This document shows, piece after piece, positions 37,483-47,101 of a stretch of 64,000 bases of DNA. The stretch's first letter is position 1; the number at the start of each line of letters is the position of its first letter. The notes under the pieces were generated by a model. It saw only the letters and a program-made list of their open reading frames with translations. It searched no databases and had not been told where the DNA came from. The position numbers were made by a program, and so were the translations under genes. Origin of the DNA: Candidatus Latescibacterota bacterium (lineage in GTDB: Bacteria > Latescibacterota > UBA2968 > UBA8231); the NCBI GenBank assembly GCA_965242865.1, contig CBDETK010000013.1, positions 5,504,001 to 5,568,000 on the forward strand, given 5' to 3'.

Positions 37483-38526
37483 ATGTTGAAACGTTTGCAG
37501 ATACAGAATTTCCGCGGCTTCAACGCGCTCGAAATCAACCCATTGAGCGGCATTAACCTCATTGCTGGCAAAAATAATTCCGGCAAGACCAGCTTACTCG
37601 AAGCAATTTTTCTGCTCGCTGGCGGCGGAAACGCACAACTGGCCGTAAATGCTAATGTTATCCGCGGAAGAGAAAAAGATAGAGCTTCGGTGAGAGATTT
37701 CTTCTGGAAGCAGATCTTCTTCAATCTTGACATGGAACAGTCCATTAAAATTGAAGGGGAACATAAGTCGCATGGTCGATTCGCCTTGGAAATCGTATCG
37801 GAGCAGCAGCCCACCACTGAAATTACTCTTGATAGTACGGACGGAGTTTCGGCAACGAATCTTTTTGACGAACGTGCGCTCATATTCCAGTATAGCGATC
37901 CTTCTGATCAAAAAATTAAAAACCATATACGTATTAAGGGGCAAGATCTTGAGATCCAGCAGCCTGCTACAAACGTTCCATTCCCTGCGGTAATTCTCTT
38001 GTCTCGGACTAGAAACCCCCAAGAATATGCGACGCGACTTGGACTATTGAGAAGACAAAAACAGGGTGATCTCCTCTTAAAAGCACTCCAGGTCGTCGAG
38101 CCGAAGCTACAGAGCATCGAAGACAATTCCTCCAGCGGCACACCCATGATCTGGGGAGATATCGGGTTGTCCGAACTCGTGCCACTGCCAGCAATGGGCG
38201 AAGGCATGACCCAGCTAGCCCGGCTGGTTTTGGCCATAGCTACCGTACCGAACGGCGTCGTTTTGGTAGATGAGGTTGAAAACGGCATTCACCACTCAGT
38301 GCTACCCGATGTCTGGCGAGCCATTGACGAAGCGGCCAAGCAGTTCCACACGCAGATATTTGCGACCACGCACAGTTTTGAGTGCATAGAAGCAGCGCAT
38401 CAAGCACTGGGTCCTGACGGCTTTCTCCTACACCGGCTTGAAGCCCGCGACGCGGAAAATCGCTGCGTTACCTTTAAGCCAAATGGAATCAGTGCCGCGC
38501 TTCGACACGGGTTTGAGGTGCGCTAG
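37483..38526 (+). CDS. AAA_15/AAA_21-type ABC ATPase
   Basis: IQNFRGF, GKNNSGKT, MGEG, LVDEVENGIH and FATTHS motifs. Confidence 0.88.
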   Translation: MLKRLQIQNFRGFNALEINPLSGINLIAGKNNSGKTSLLEAIFLLAGGGNAQLAVNANVIRGREKDRASVRDFFWKQIFFNLDMEQSIKIEGEHKSHGRFALEIVSEQQPTTEITLDSTDGVSATNLFDERALIFQYSDPSDQKIKNHIRIKGQDLEIQQPATNVPFPAVILLSRTRNPQEYATRLGLLRRQKQGDLLLKALQVVEPKLQSIEDNSSSGTPMIWGDIGLSELVPLPAMGEGMTQLARLVLAIATVPNGVVLVDEVENGIHHSVLPDVWRAIDEAAKQFHTQIFATTHSFECIEAAHQALGPDGFLLHRLEARDAENRCVTFKPNGISAALRHGFEVR

Positions 38527-38528
38527 AT

Positions 38529-38701
38529 ATGCGGCAACAAGCAGCAATCAAATCGGCAATCCAGCTCCTCGTTGAGGGCAATGATCAGCGCAATTTTCCG
38601 TCGGTGTGGCGGCAAAGAATGACTACTGGGATTTGGACCACAGCGTCTTCAGCACGGTCCGCGATTTTTTACAAATGATAGATCCAACCGACTCAAAGTA
38701 A
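38529..38701 (+). pseudogene. Internally deleted TOPRIM-like (DUF3226-type) partner gene
   Basis: Begins ...LLVEGNDQRNF, then jumps in another frame to GVAAKNDYWDLDHSVF..VRDFL-stop. Confidence 0.6.
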
Positions 38702-38766
38702 GTGTCGCGTACGTAGCTTCCTACCAGTAACGTAGCGCGTCCGCAAAATGCCGAGGTTTTAGACTG

Positions 38767-40431
38767 ATGAAGAGAATACGTGGAATAGTGCGCTCAAGCG
38801 TGTGCCTCTTAGGGCTCGCGCTTCCCAGTGCCGCCCAAGACGAGCTAGTGCTCGCCCAGATACAAAACCGACCCATCGCGGTCGGGGAGTTCAAAAATTA
38901 TGCCGCGCGGATTCCCCCAGCCTACCGGATGGGCAAGACCGGCATGGAGGCCGACCGGATTCTACTCAATGGCCTGATCGACAAAAAGCTCCTGCTCGCC
39001 GAAGCGGAACGAGTTGGCATTGGGGACGAACCGGAATTTAAGCGCAAGGTCGCGCAATTTGCCCAAGACCAAGCCGTCCGGCTCTACCGAAGCATTGAGA
39101 TCGACCAACGGATTTCCATTGCCGAAGAGGAGCTGATGCAGCACTACCGGGATTCGCACCGCGATAGAGCGCTGCGCTACGCGGGTATCTTGGTTGCGAC
39201 TCGAGACGAAGCGGTCGAGCTGCTCGACGCGCTAGCGACGGGAGCTGATTTCCGCCAACTGGCCCGGCAACACTCGCTCTACGAGGCGACGCGGGACCAA
39301 GGCGGGGATGTGGGAAAGTATTATGCGATTGACGACACGGCGCCACCGCTCCGAAGCATTTTTTCCCTGCCGGTCGGCGAGGTTTCCGAACCGCTGCCGT
39401 GGGGGGGCGACCCGCCGCGCTACGTGATCGTCAAGGTTTTAGACGAGGCCCCGGTCGCCTTTCGCGAGGTCGCTCCGTTTGTCCGCGAGGAGGTGTTCGC
39501 GCAAAAGCGCGCCCAGCGCGCCCAAGCTCTGCGCGACTCGCTCCGCGCCCAGTACGCGCCGCAAATTCACTACGACAAGATAGACCGGCTGCTGCTGCGT
39601 CTAGCGCGGTCGTCGGCAGAGCGGGCGACAACACCCGCAGAGGGCGCAGAGGTGTTGTGCCGCTACAATGGCGGGGCGCTCACCATGGACGATTTCGTCC
39701 TGCTCGTACCGGAGAAAGAAGAAGGGTATTCGCGCGATTACGAGCGCGACTGGATCGTCGATTACCTGCGGGATGCGGCCATCCCCAATCGGATGTTTTT
39801 TGAAGAGGCCCGCGCCAAGGGGCTAGACCAACATCAAGTGATCCGCACGGCCGTGGCCAATAAGCGCAGCGATATGCTGGTGAGCACCTTGCGAAAGCGA
39901 GCGGTGGAGGATCGGCTGCCGCCGGTCACCGAGGCCGAGGCGCGCGCCTTTTACGATCAAAACCCCGAGAAGTTTCAGGGCTTTGAGACCTTAGTCACCA
40001 CCGAGATTCTGGTCGCCTTTAAGGAGCAGGCCCACAGTCTGAAAGAGGAATTGTTGGCCGGGGCCGATGCCGTGCAACTGGCTAGGGACTATACGATTCG
40101 CCAAGACCGAGCACACCACGAGGGGCGGTTGGTCTTGAGTCCGGTCGGGCTATACCAAGAGCTCTACAAAGTGGCCAAAAATTTGCAGGTGGGGGATGTG
40201 GGGGGGCCGGTAAAGGTGCGAGAAGGCTATTCGGTGTTTAAGGTGGTGGAGAAGCAACCGGCCCCCAAGAAGCCTTATCACGTTTTTTCGCAGCGCCGGG
40301 CGCGGGCTTACGTGAAAATTGCCCGTTCACAAGAGGCGTACGTGCAGTACATGCGCGGGTTGCACGAGCAGTATGCGGTCGAGATTTTCGAGGATACCTT
40401 GCTGAAAATTCAGGACGCGACGGGGGAATGA
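38767..40431 (+). CDS. Exported PpiC/parvulin-type peptidyl-prolyl isomerase with two rotamase-like domains (SurA/PrsA-like)
   Basis: Signal peptide; GADFRQLARQHS...GGDVG and L.VGEVS.P motifs; second copy L.VGDVGGP. Confidence 0.82.
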   Translation: MKRIRGIVRSSVCLLGLALPSAAQDELVLAQIQNRPIAVGEFKNYAARIPPAYRMGKTGMEADRILLNGLIDKKLLLAEAERVGIGDEPEFKRKVAQFAQDQAVRLYRSIEIDQRISIAEEELMQHYRDSHRDRALRYAGILVATRDEAVELLDALATGADFRQLARQHSLYEATRDQGGDVGKYYAIDDTAPPLRSIFSLPVGEVSEPLPWGGDPPRYVIVKVLDEAPVAFREVAPFVREEVFAQKRAQRAQALRDSLRAQYAPQIHYDKIDRLLLRLARSSAERATTPAEGAEVLCRYNGGALTMDDFVLLVPEKEEGYSRDYERDWIVDYLRDAAIPNRMFFEEARAKGLDQHQVIRTAVANKRSDMLVSTLRKRAVEDRLPPVTEAEARAFYDQNPEKFQGFETLVTTEILVAFKEQAHSLKEELLAGADAVQLARDYTIRQDRAHHEGRLVLSPVGLYQELYKVAKNLQVGDVGGPVKVREGYSVFKVVEKQPAPKKPYHVFSQRRARAYVKIARSQEAYVQYMRGLHEQYAVEIFEDTLLKIQDATGE

Positions 40432-41445
40432 ATGGCTCGTTGGCGATTGGTTGGCGCGTCGGCCTTGAGCGTCGCCCTTTGGGGCGGCTGTCAGGAGGGC
40501 GGTGGAGTTGGGTCGGCTGAGGCGATAGCGATTGGGTCGCAGGAGGAGTTAGACGCTTGGGCAGGGACGCAGCCGGAAGCCTTTGTGGTGCAGGGGGATT
40601 TATTGCTAGAGGATGCGTATTTGAGCAGCGTGGCGTCGCTGCACAAGCTGGTCGGCATAGAGGGCGATTTCGCCATTCGGAACAATGGAACCCTGATCGA
40701 CCTGCAGGGGCTGGACAATCTCGGCTATGTAGAAGGAGATTTCCGCATTCTCGCCAACGGCTTGGTCGCACTAAAGGGGCTGGAGCGGCTAGCGCGCGTG
40801 GAGGGAAATTTCGAGATTAGTTGCAATTTTTTGCTGCGCGATCTAGCCGGGCTAACAGCACTCCGGCGCGTCGGCGGCCATCTGTTTGTCGATGCCACGA
40901 CCGAGCTGCTTCACCTAGAGGGGTTGAGCGGGCTGACCCACGTGGGAGGCAGCATCAAGATCAGGGATAACAAGGCCCTGCGCGATTTAGAGGGGTTGGG
41001 CAGCCTCTCAGCGGTTGAGGGGGATTTGCTGCTCATATTCAATGGCGCGCTCAAAGACCTGCGGGGTTTGAATGGGATTGCGGCGATTAAGGGCGGCTTG
41101 ACTGTGGACGGACATCCCGCCCTCGAGCGTTTGGAGGGGTTGAATGCACTGGCCGAGGTCGGGGGTGCTTTGAGCATCAACCGCAACCAAGCCCTGCAAA
41201 ACCTCGATGGACTGGACAATCTCAAGCAAGTCGGCAAAAGCCTCTACATTGGCGGCAACCCGCTCTTGAGCAACTTGGACGGGCTGGCCAAGCTGGGCCG
41301 AATCGGCGCCGGTGAGCGAGACTTGATGATTGTGGAGCGGAACCCTTCGCTGCCCATGCGCGCTGGGTACGCGCTCGCCGCGCAACTCGGATTGGCCGAG
41401 CATCAGTTCATCGTCTTTGACAATTTGGCGGCCCGTGCGCCGTAA
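40432..41445 (+). CDS. Receptor L-domain/LRR-like lipoprotein
   Basis: LWGGC lipobox; ~25-aa repeats of LxxLxGLxxLxxVxGxLxIxxN. Confidence 0.8.
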   Translation: MARWRLVGASALSVALWGGCQEGGGVGSAEAIAIGSQEELDAWAGTQPEAFVVQGDLLLEDAYLSSVASLHKLVGIEGDFAIRNNGTLIDLQGLDNLGYVEGDFRILANGLVALKGLERLARVEGNFEISCNFLLRDLAGLTALRRVGGHLFVDATTELLHLEGLSGLTHVGGSIKIRDNKALRDLEGLGSLSAVEGDLLLIFNGALKDLRGLNGIAAIKGGLTVDGHPALERLEGLNALAEVGGALSINRNQALQNLDGLDNLKQVGKSLYIGGNPLLSNLDGLAKLGRIGAGERDLMIVERNPSLPMRAGYALAAQLGLAEHQFIVFDNLAARAP

Positions 41446-43258
41446 AACGCTCTTCCGCCGATTCCATCCCAGCCGATCGGTCCTGTGCTCCCTACTCGCC
41501 GTTTCAGCTTGCTATGGGGCCGCGCTCTGCGTCCTCGAAAAACGCGGCTTTTGGATCACGGACAACGCCAACAAATTCCTCCAGGTCCAAGCCTTAGCGA
41601 ACAGTCGCTACACAGACTTTTCCATCCCTTGGCCCGGGCAGGTCGTCGATCCAGCCTTCGCGTACAACCCCCTGCCTTACTATTTCACGCACGTTGAGTC
41701 CGGCACACTCTATTCCGTCTTCTCGCCGGTCTTTGCCCTGATCTCGGCCTTGTCTTTCGTCCATTTGGGGCACTGGGGGCTTTATCTGTTGCCGGTGCTC
41801 TCCGCGTTGGTCATGCTGGCCGGCTTGGCCCAACTGGCGCGGTTGGTGGCTCCCCGAATTGCGGTCGGGCACGTCGCGGTCCTCACGGCCGGGCTTTGCA
41901 CGCCGGTATTCTTCTACAGTCTCGCCTTCTGGGAGCACACCCCGGCGATTTGCTTGGGGATTTGGAGCGTGCGCTACCTGTTGCAGTTTCTCGCAGACTC
42001 CGCCCCCAAGCATCTATGCTTGGGCATGGTCGCGGCCGGACTATCGGTTTACTTCAGAGACGAGTTCTATTTGCTGTGCCTCGTGCTGGCCCTAGCCACC
42101 GCCTTTTACGCCCGCGCCAGCAGCTTAAAAATCCTCGTCTCGTCGGCCCTGCTCCTCTTCGCTTCCCTGCTGCCCCTCTGGGGGTTCCAATGGCTGACCA
42201 TCGGCCATCCGCTGGGGTATCATTTGAGTACGCACCTATCCACGGCGGCCGACTGGGTCCACCATCTCGCGGCGCGGCCGAGGGTGTTTTACAACCTCTT
42301 CGCCGCGTCCAACCCGATTCCCGCGCTGTCCCTCGTCCTCGCCCTTCCGTTCATCCTCGCCTTTGTCCTCAGCCCGCGCTTTGCTGCCCCGGCATTGCAA
42401 AAAGCCGTGCCCGCGTACAGCGCGGTGGCCCTGCTAAGCGCCGGTTTATCTCTCGGGGGCTATTTCTTCTCGGCGAGCCCGATCGACTACATGCTCAAGT
42501 CGTCCAATGCCCTGTTTGCCGCGGCCCCCTTTGTCGCCCTCGCCTTTTTGCGCTCGGCCGATTCCGACTTCCACCCTTTTAGACGCTGGATTTGGCTCGT
42601 CGCCTTGAGCTTTGCCGCGCTCTACGCCTTGGCCGCCCCCAAAGTGGGTTCCATGGGCATCCACTGGGGCAACCGCTACTTTCTGCTCCTCTATCCGCTC
42701 TTCGCGGTCTTAGCGGCCGGAAACTTGGTGGATTGGTTTACTACCCGACACCAGCCGCCCGCCTTCCCGGGATCGAGGGCCTCTTGCCCTCGTCGAGGGC
42801 GAGAGGCCCTCGATCCCGGACGCAAAACAAGGGTCGCGTGCTTATTCGATTGGCTAAAAGGCCGCTGGCCCGGCGTCCTCTCGGTGGGGGCTGTGCTGGC
42901 CTTGAGCTTGGCCGCCCAAGGGTATGGAATTTCGCTTCTCGCGCAAAAGAAAGCCTTCTCCCATCGCCTCAACAGGGAGCTGCGCCAGCGCAGCGAAGAG
43001 GTCGTCATCACCAACCTGCGCTGGGTTCCCCACGCCCTGTGCAGCGAATTTTACCAAAGGCCCTTCTTTTACGTCGCCACCCCCAGACACTACGAGAGCC
43101 TGTTGCAACGCCTTTCAGAGCAGGGGTACAAGTCCTATCTTTTTCTCACCCAGCACCGCGGTGGCCCGCGGCAACCCATCGTCGAGGTGGACGATGGGTC
43201 CCTGAACTTTTTCGAGCTACAGTTTTTTTCGGAAAAACTTCCGCCCCCTAGACTATAG
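41435..43258 (+). CDS. Polytopic membrane protein, possibly a GT-C fold glycosyltransferase
   Basis: Many TM segments; ITDN..K, FWEH and WGNRYFL motifs; GTG start overlapping the upstream gene. Confidence 0.65.
   Translation: MRRKTLFRRFHPSRSVLCSLLAVSACYGAALCVLEKRGFWITDNANKFLQVQALANSRYTDFSIPWPGQVVDPAFAYNPLPYYFTHVESGTLYSVFSPVFALISALSFVHLGHWGLYLLPVLSALVMLAGLAQLARLVAPRIAVGHVAVLTAGLCTPVFFYSLAFWEHTPAICLGIWSVRYLLQFLADSAPKHLCLGMVAAGLSVYFRDEFYLLCLVLALATAFYARASSLKILVSSALLLFASLLPLWGFQWLTIGHPLGYHLSTHLSTAADWVHHLAARPRVFYNLFAASNPIPALSLVLALPFILAFVLSPRFAAPALQKAVPAYSAVALLSAGLSLGGYFFSASPIDYMLKSSNALFAAAPFVALAFLRSADSDFHPFRRWIWLVALSFAALYALAAPKVGSMGIHWGNRYFLLLYPLFAVLAAGNLVDWFTTRHQPPAFPGSRASCPRRGREALDPGRKTRVACLFDWLKGRWPGVLSVGAVLALSLAAQGYGISLLAQKKAFSHRLNRELRQRSEEVVITNLRWVPHALCSEFYQRPFFYVATPRHYESLLQRLSEQGYKSYLFLTQHRGGPRQPIVEVDDGSLNFFELQFFSEKLPPPRL
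42767..42819. repeat. Palindromic REP-like element inside a coding sequence
   Basis: CCGGGATCGAGGGCCTCTTGCCCTCG-T-CGAGGGCGAGAGGCCCTCGATCCCGG. Confidence 0.85.
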
Positions 43259-43382
43259 CAGTCCTACATCATTCAAGATCGTTCAAGACTGGATTCCCGC
43301 GTTCGCGGGAATGACGACTCATCGACAAAAAAGATGGCGACGATGAACATTCCGTGCTTTCAAGTCATTTAGGACAGTTATA
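43254..43382. mobile_element. MITE family A (TATAGCAGTCCTA ends) containing a dRS3-like hairpin
   Basis: Imperfect 13-bp terminal inverted repeats; second copy at 57467-57584. Confidence 0.8.
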
Positions 43383-45043
43383 TGACGAGGCTCGTAGCGA
43401 AAGCGATGTACGCGCTAGTAAGCGGAGGCTTCATCCTCCTAAGTACGGCCCTCCTAGCGGCCCAACCCCTGCCCACTCAGTTCGTCGACCGCGCCGCGGC
43501 CCTCGGCATCACGGCCCGCAACGTTTCGGGCAGCACCCAAGAATACATCGTTGAAACCGCGGTGGGTGGCTCGGCCTTTTTCGACTACGACAGCGACGGC
43601 GATGTCGATCTATACGTCGCCAACGGCTCCCGCTTTGAGGGGTTTCCACCGGGCCAAGCCCCAACCAACCACCTCTACCGCAATCAAGGGGATCGCTTTA
43701 TCGACGTCACGACCGCGGCCGGGGTCGGCGATACGAGTTGGTCTATGGGCTGTGCGGCTGCCGACTACGACAACGACGGCGATCTGGACCTGTACGTGAC
43801 CAACTTAGGCCGCAATACCTTCTACCAAAATCAGGGCGATGGCACTTTTGCGGAGGTTGCGGAAAGAGCGGGCGTCGGGGACGACCGTTGGGGCGTTGGC
43901 TGCGCTTTTGGCGATGCCGATTTAGACGGCTATGTCGATCTGTACGTGGCCAATTACATCGACTTTTCGCGGGACTATCGCTCGACCGTTCCCTGCGTGT
44001 GGAAGACCGTTGATATTTTTTGCGGCCCGCGCGGTTTGCTGCCGGCCGGCGATGTGTTCTACCACAACCGCGGCAACGGCACTTGGGCTGACCGCAGCGA
44101 GGAAGCCGGCATTGCCAGCGCAAAGTACTATGGGTACGGAGTCGCCTTTGGCGATTTCAACCGCGATGGCTGGCCCGACGTTTTCGTCGCCAACGACTCG
44201 GCCCCTAACAATCTGTACCAGAACCAAGGCGACGGGACCTTTGTCGATGAGGGCCTTAGCGCGGGCGTGGCCTATAGCGGGGACGGCACCGAACAGGGGT
44301 GCATGGGCGTCGCGGTCGGCGACTACGACAACGATGGCTACTTCGATATTTTCGTCACCAACTTTGAAGGCGAGTACAACACCCTCTACAAAAACCAGCG
44401 CGGCCTGTTTTTTCTTGACGTATCCTTTGTATCCCAGATTGCGGCGCGGGGCATTCCCGAGGTGGGATGGGGCGCGGGGTTTTTCGACTTTGACAACGAC
44501 GGCGACCAAGACCTGTTTGCGGCCAATGGCCACACCTACCCGCAAGCCGACTTGCCCCATACCAACAGCCGGTACGCCCAGCCCAACTTCCTCTACCAAA
44601 ACTTGGGCGACGGCACCTTTGCCGAGGTTGCGGCGCGCGGCGGCTCGGGCTTGGCCGTAGTCGAGGTGAGCCGAGGGGCCAGCTTTGCCGACTACGACCG
44701 CGACGGCGACATGGACCTCTTCGTCTTAAACCTCAACGGCACGCCCAATCTCCTGCGCAACGACCGCGGCCACGAGGGCAACTACCTGCAAATCGCCACC
44801 GTAGGCACCCGCAGCAACCGCGACGGCATTGGCACCCGAATCGAAATCAGTGCGGCCGGCACGCGCCAAGCCGCTGAGGTGCGCAGCGGCACCAGCTTCC
44901 TCTCCCACAGCGATCTCAAGGTCCACTTTGGTTTGGGCACTGCTGCCAGCGCCGACAGCGTCGTCCTCCACTGGCCCAGCGGCACGGTCCAGACGCTGCA
45001 CGCGGTCGCGGCCAATCAGGTCCTAACCGTGCGCGAGCCTTAG
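43382..45043 (+). CDS. CRTAC1-family FG-GAP repeat protein with ASPIC/UnbV domain
   Basis: Repeated DYDNDGDLDLYV motifs; SNRDGIG and HFGLG...WPSG; start could be 43406. Confidence 0.9.
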   Translation: MTRLVAKAMYALVSGGFILLSTALLAAQPLPTQFVDRAAALGITARNVSGSTQEYIVETAVGGSAFFDYDSDGDVDLYVANGSRFEGFPPGQAPTNHLYRNQGDRFIDVTTAAGVGDTSWSMGCAAADYDNDGDLDLYVTNLGRNTFYQNQGDGTFAEVAERAGVGDDRWGVGCAFGDADLDGYVDLYVANYIDFSRDYRSTVPCVWKTVDIFCGPRGLLPAGDVFYHNRGNGTWADRSEEAGIASAKYYGYGVAFGDFNRDGWPDVFVANDSAPNNLYQNQGDGTFVDEGLSAGVAYSGDGTEQGCMGVAVGDYDNDGYFDIFVTNFEGEYNTLYKNQRGLFFLDVSFVSQIAARGIPEVGWGAGFFDFDNDGDQDLFAANGHTYPQADLPHTNSRYAQPNFLYQNLGDGTFAEVAARGGSGLAVVEVSRGASFADYDRDGDMDLFVLNLNGTPNLLRNDRGHEGNYLQIATVGTRSNRDGIGTRIEISAAGTRQAAEVRSGTSFLSHSDLKVHFGLGTAASADSVVLHWPSGTVQTLHAVAANQVLTVREP

Positions 45044-45157
45044 CAAGCGGTCTTAACACTCCTGTTGCTTTTGGCTCGTCTTGCCTGACGACGCTAGAGG
45101 TCATTCCCGCGCAAGCGGGAATCCAGAAAAGGACCCAGCCGAATCAGAGAACGCTTC
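45044..45157. mobile_element. MITE family B, diverged inverted copy
   Basis: Reverse-complement match to 49743-49876 with a short deletion. Confidence 0.75.
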
Positions 45158-45169
45158 TTAGCAACCAAC

Positions 45170-47101
45170 CTACCACCGCGTCACCACGGCATCCCACCCG
45201 GCCAGCAAATCCACCGCCATCCACAGACCCGCACTGCTGACTTGGCCCAGCACCATGCCGAGAAAGAAGGGCCGCAGCCGGCGAAAGAGTGTAATGCCGC
45301 CGTACTTCAAGGCGAGCCATTTTGCCAGCCAGCCCAGCGCCATACTCGACCAAGCGAAAAACATCACGTAAGTCCCCCCCACCGGCAGGCCGATCGGGTG
45401 AATGGGCCACCACAAGAAGCGGTGGCGCAGGTACAACAACAAAAACATCAGCCCGGCCCCCAAGCCGGTGAACGCGCCGCGCGGCCCCCAAAAATTCCAG
45501 TCGGCCACCGGATTGAGTTGGTTGGCCACCATGTCGTTAAACGTCCAGCGGCCCATAATGCTGTAAAACCAGTAGTGTAGATTGACCCCGCCGTAGGTGT
45601 ACGCGATGGAAAGGACCGTCCAAGCGGACGTGACCAAGCTCACGGCAATGGCCAGGAGCAACGCCCAAAAGAGCGGCGGTCGGCGCGTCCCAACAACCTC
45701 GGCCAGCCGGGTGCTGTTGGCCGCGGCCGCCATGACGGTCGTGCGAATGTCCCCGGCCCAGCCGTTGGCAAACCCGAGCACCGTCAGCCCTTGCGGCCCA
45801 ATGGGCGCGGTGCCCAGCGCATTGATCGCAAAGGCGGTGGGCGTCATCTGCGCTCGGCCATACCCCATGCCTCCCTCGGCGACGATGCGCGTCAAACCGA
45901 CGAAGACCACAAAGGCGATGGCGAGCAACAGCAGGGCCGCTCCCACCGGCAGTCCCGCGCTTTTTAGCCACACTACCGCGTAGAGGAAGGCCCCGAGCAG
46001 GAGCCACACGGCCTTGCGGTAGGAGAGCATCGTCCCCGCGTCCGCCCGCGGTTCCCTTTTCCACGCCCCGACGACGATTCTTTTGAGGTGCCGCCGAGCG
46101 GTCCACAAGCAGGCCGCGACCAGGGCGATCAACGCCCCCATGGCCTGCTGGGCGGTTGCGATGGACCCTTCGGTGTGCATCAGCCGAATTTCTGCAATGC
46201 TGAAGCCGAGGGTGTTGAAAAGGCCCAACTGGAAGAAGTTGAGCAAGTAGAAAAACCACAGACTAAAGGAGACCTCTAGGCTCAGGAAGTACGTCAGGCC
46301 GAGGACGATAAACCACAAGTTGAACAAGACGCCCCGCATATCGTGAAACACGGTCAGTTGGGTTGACAGCTCAATGGGGGGAACAAAGGGATAGTACTTG
46401 TGCAGGGCATTGATTCCCAATAGGACGAAGGGAATGGCAAATCCCAACCACATCAGCGGTTCCTTGAGAAAGGGATTGACCGCTGAGGGCCGGTCGTCCT
46501 CGTGGATCATGTACAGGGGCAACTGGACGAGCGGAAAGATCAAGCGCTCGTTGCGGGCCCATTGTTCGTGGAGCAGGGCCGACAGGGCGATCATCATCAA
46601 ATAGAGCGCGACCAAAAAGGAAGCCCACGCCAGCAGGGGCACCAACCACGCGCCCCAAGGGATGGCCGCCTCGTGGGGCAGCCCTTCGTAGAAGTACTTG
46701 ATCGCCATTGGGTCTTGCGGCGCCAGCCACGGCTGGATGTACGGGTGGAGCAGCTCGGCCCAGTTGTTTTCGGGCGTCGCGTAGTAATAGACGCCGGCCA
46801 AAAAGGGGACCAATTGAGCCGTGACCCCGGTGGAGGGAATGGCCGAAGCCGCGATCATCATGGCGTAGATCACCACCAACTCCCGGGCCGACAAGCTCCA
46901 CTGGCGTCCGATCCACTTGAGCGGAATGTTCACCAACAGCAGGAGAAAGAGGAGGAAGATCGCGCTCAGGGCGATGAAATCCCCGGTCCAATCGAGGGTT
47001 CCCATCACCAAGAGGCCGTAGGGAAAAACCGCGTTGATCGCCACGGCCATCAACGCGCCGACGAACAAGGCCCGATTGTCGCTGGCGACGAATGGGTTCA
47101 T
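45170..47101 (-). CDS. DUF6785/DUF6784-type polytopic membrane protein (putative transporter)
   Basis: ELVVIYAM, W...ERLIFPL.QLP, TRIVAEGG, WWPIHPIG and LRPFFLG motifs. Confidence 0.75.
   Translation of the reverse strand: MNPFVASDNRALFVGALMAVAINAVFPYGLLVMGTLDWTGDFIALSAIFLLFLLLLVNIPLKWIGRQWSLSARELVVIYAMMIAASAIPSTGVTAQLVPFLAGVYYYATPENNWAELLHPYIQPWLAPQDPMAIKYFYEGLPHEAAIPWGAWLVPLLAWASFLVALYLMMIALSALLHEQWARNERLIFPLVQLPLYMIHEDDRPSAVNPFLKEPLMWLGFAIPFVLLGINALHKYYPFVPPIELSTQLTVFHDMRGVLFNLWFIVLGLTYFLSLEVSFSLWFFYLLNFFQLGLFNTLGFSIAEIRLMHTEGSIATAQQAMGALIALVAACLWTARRHLKRIVVGAWKREPRADAGTMLSYRKAVWLLLGAFLYAVVWLKSAGLPVGAALLLLAIAFVVFVGLTRIVAEGGMGYGRAQMTPTAFAINALGTAPIGPQGLTVLGFANGWAGDIRTTVMAAAANSTRLAEVVGTRRPPLFWALLLAIAVSLVTSAWTVLSIAYTYGGVNLHYWFYSIMGRWTFNDMVANQLNPVADWNFWGPRGAFTGLGAGLMFLLLYLRHRFLWWPIHPIGLPVGGTYVMFFAWSSMALGWLAKWLALKYGGITLFRRLRPFFLGMVLGQVSSAGLWMAVDLLAGWDAVVTRW

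Larger units (their letters stand above)
23920..38712. mobile_element. Defence island (R-M, toxin-antitoxin and unknown modules) interrupting the envelope cluster
   Basis: Gene content, AT-richer segments and inverted GTGTCGCGTAC motifs at both ends; no integrase or transposase seen. Confidence 0.6.

Noticed and set aside
23920-38712. Integron cassette array or prophage
   Set aside because: No integrase, no convincing attC sites, and no phage structural genes; DUF5131 alone does not indicate a prophage.
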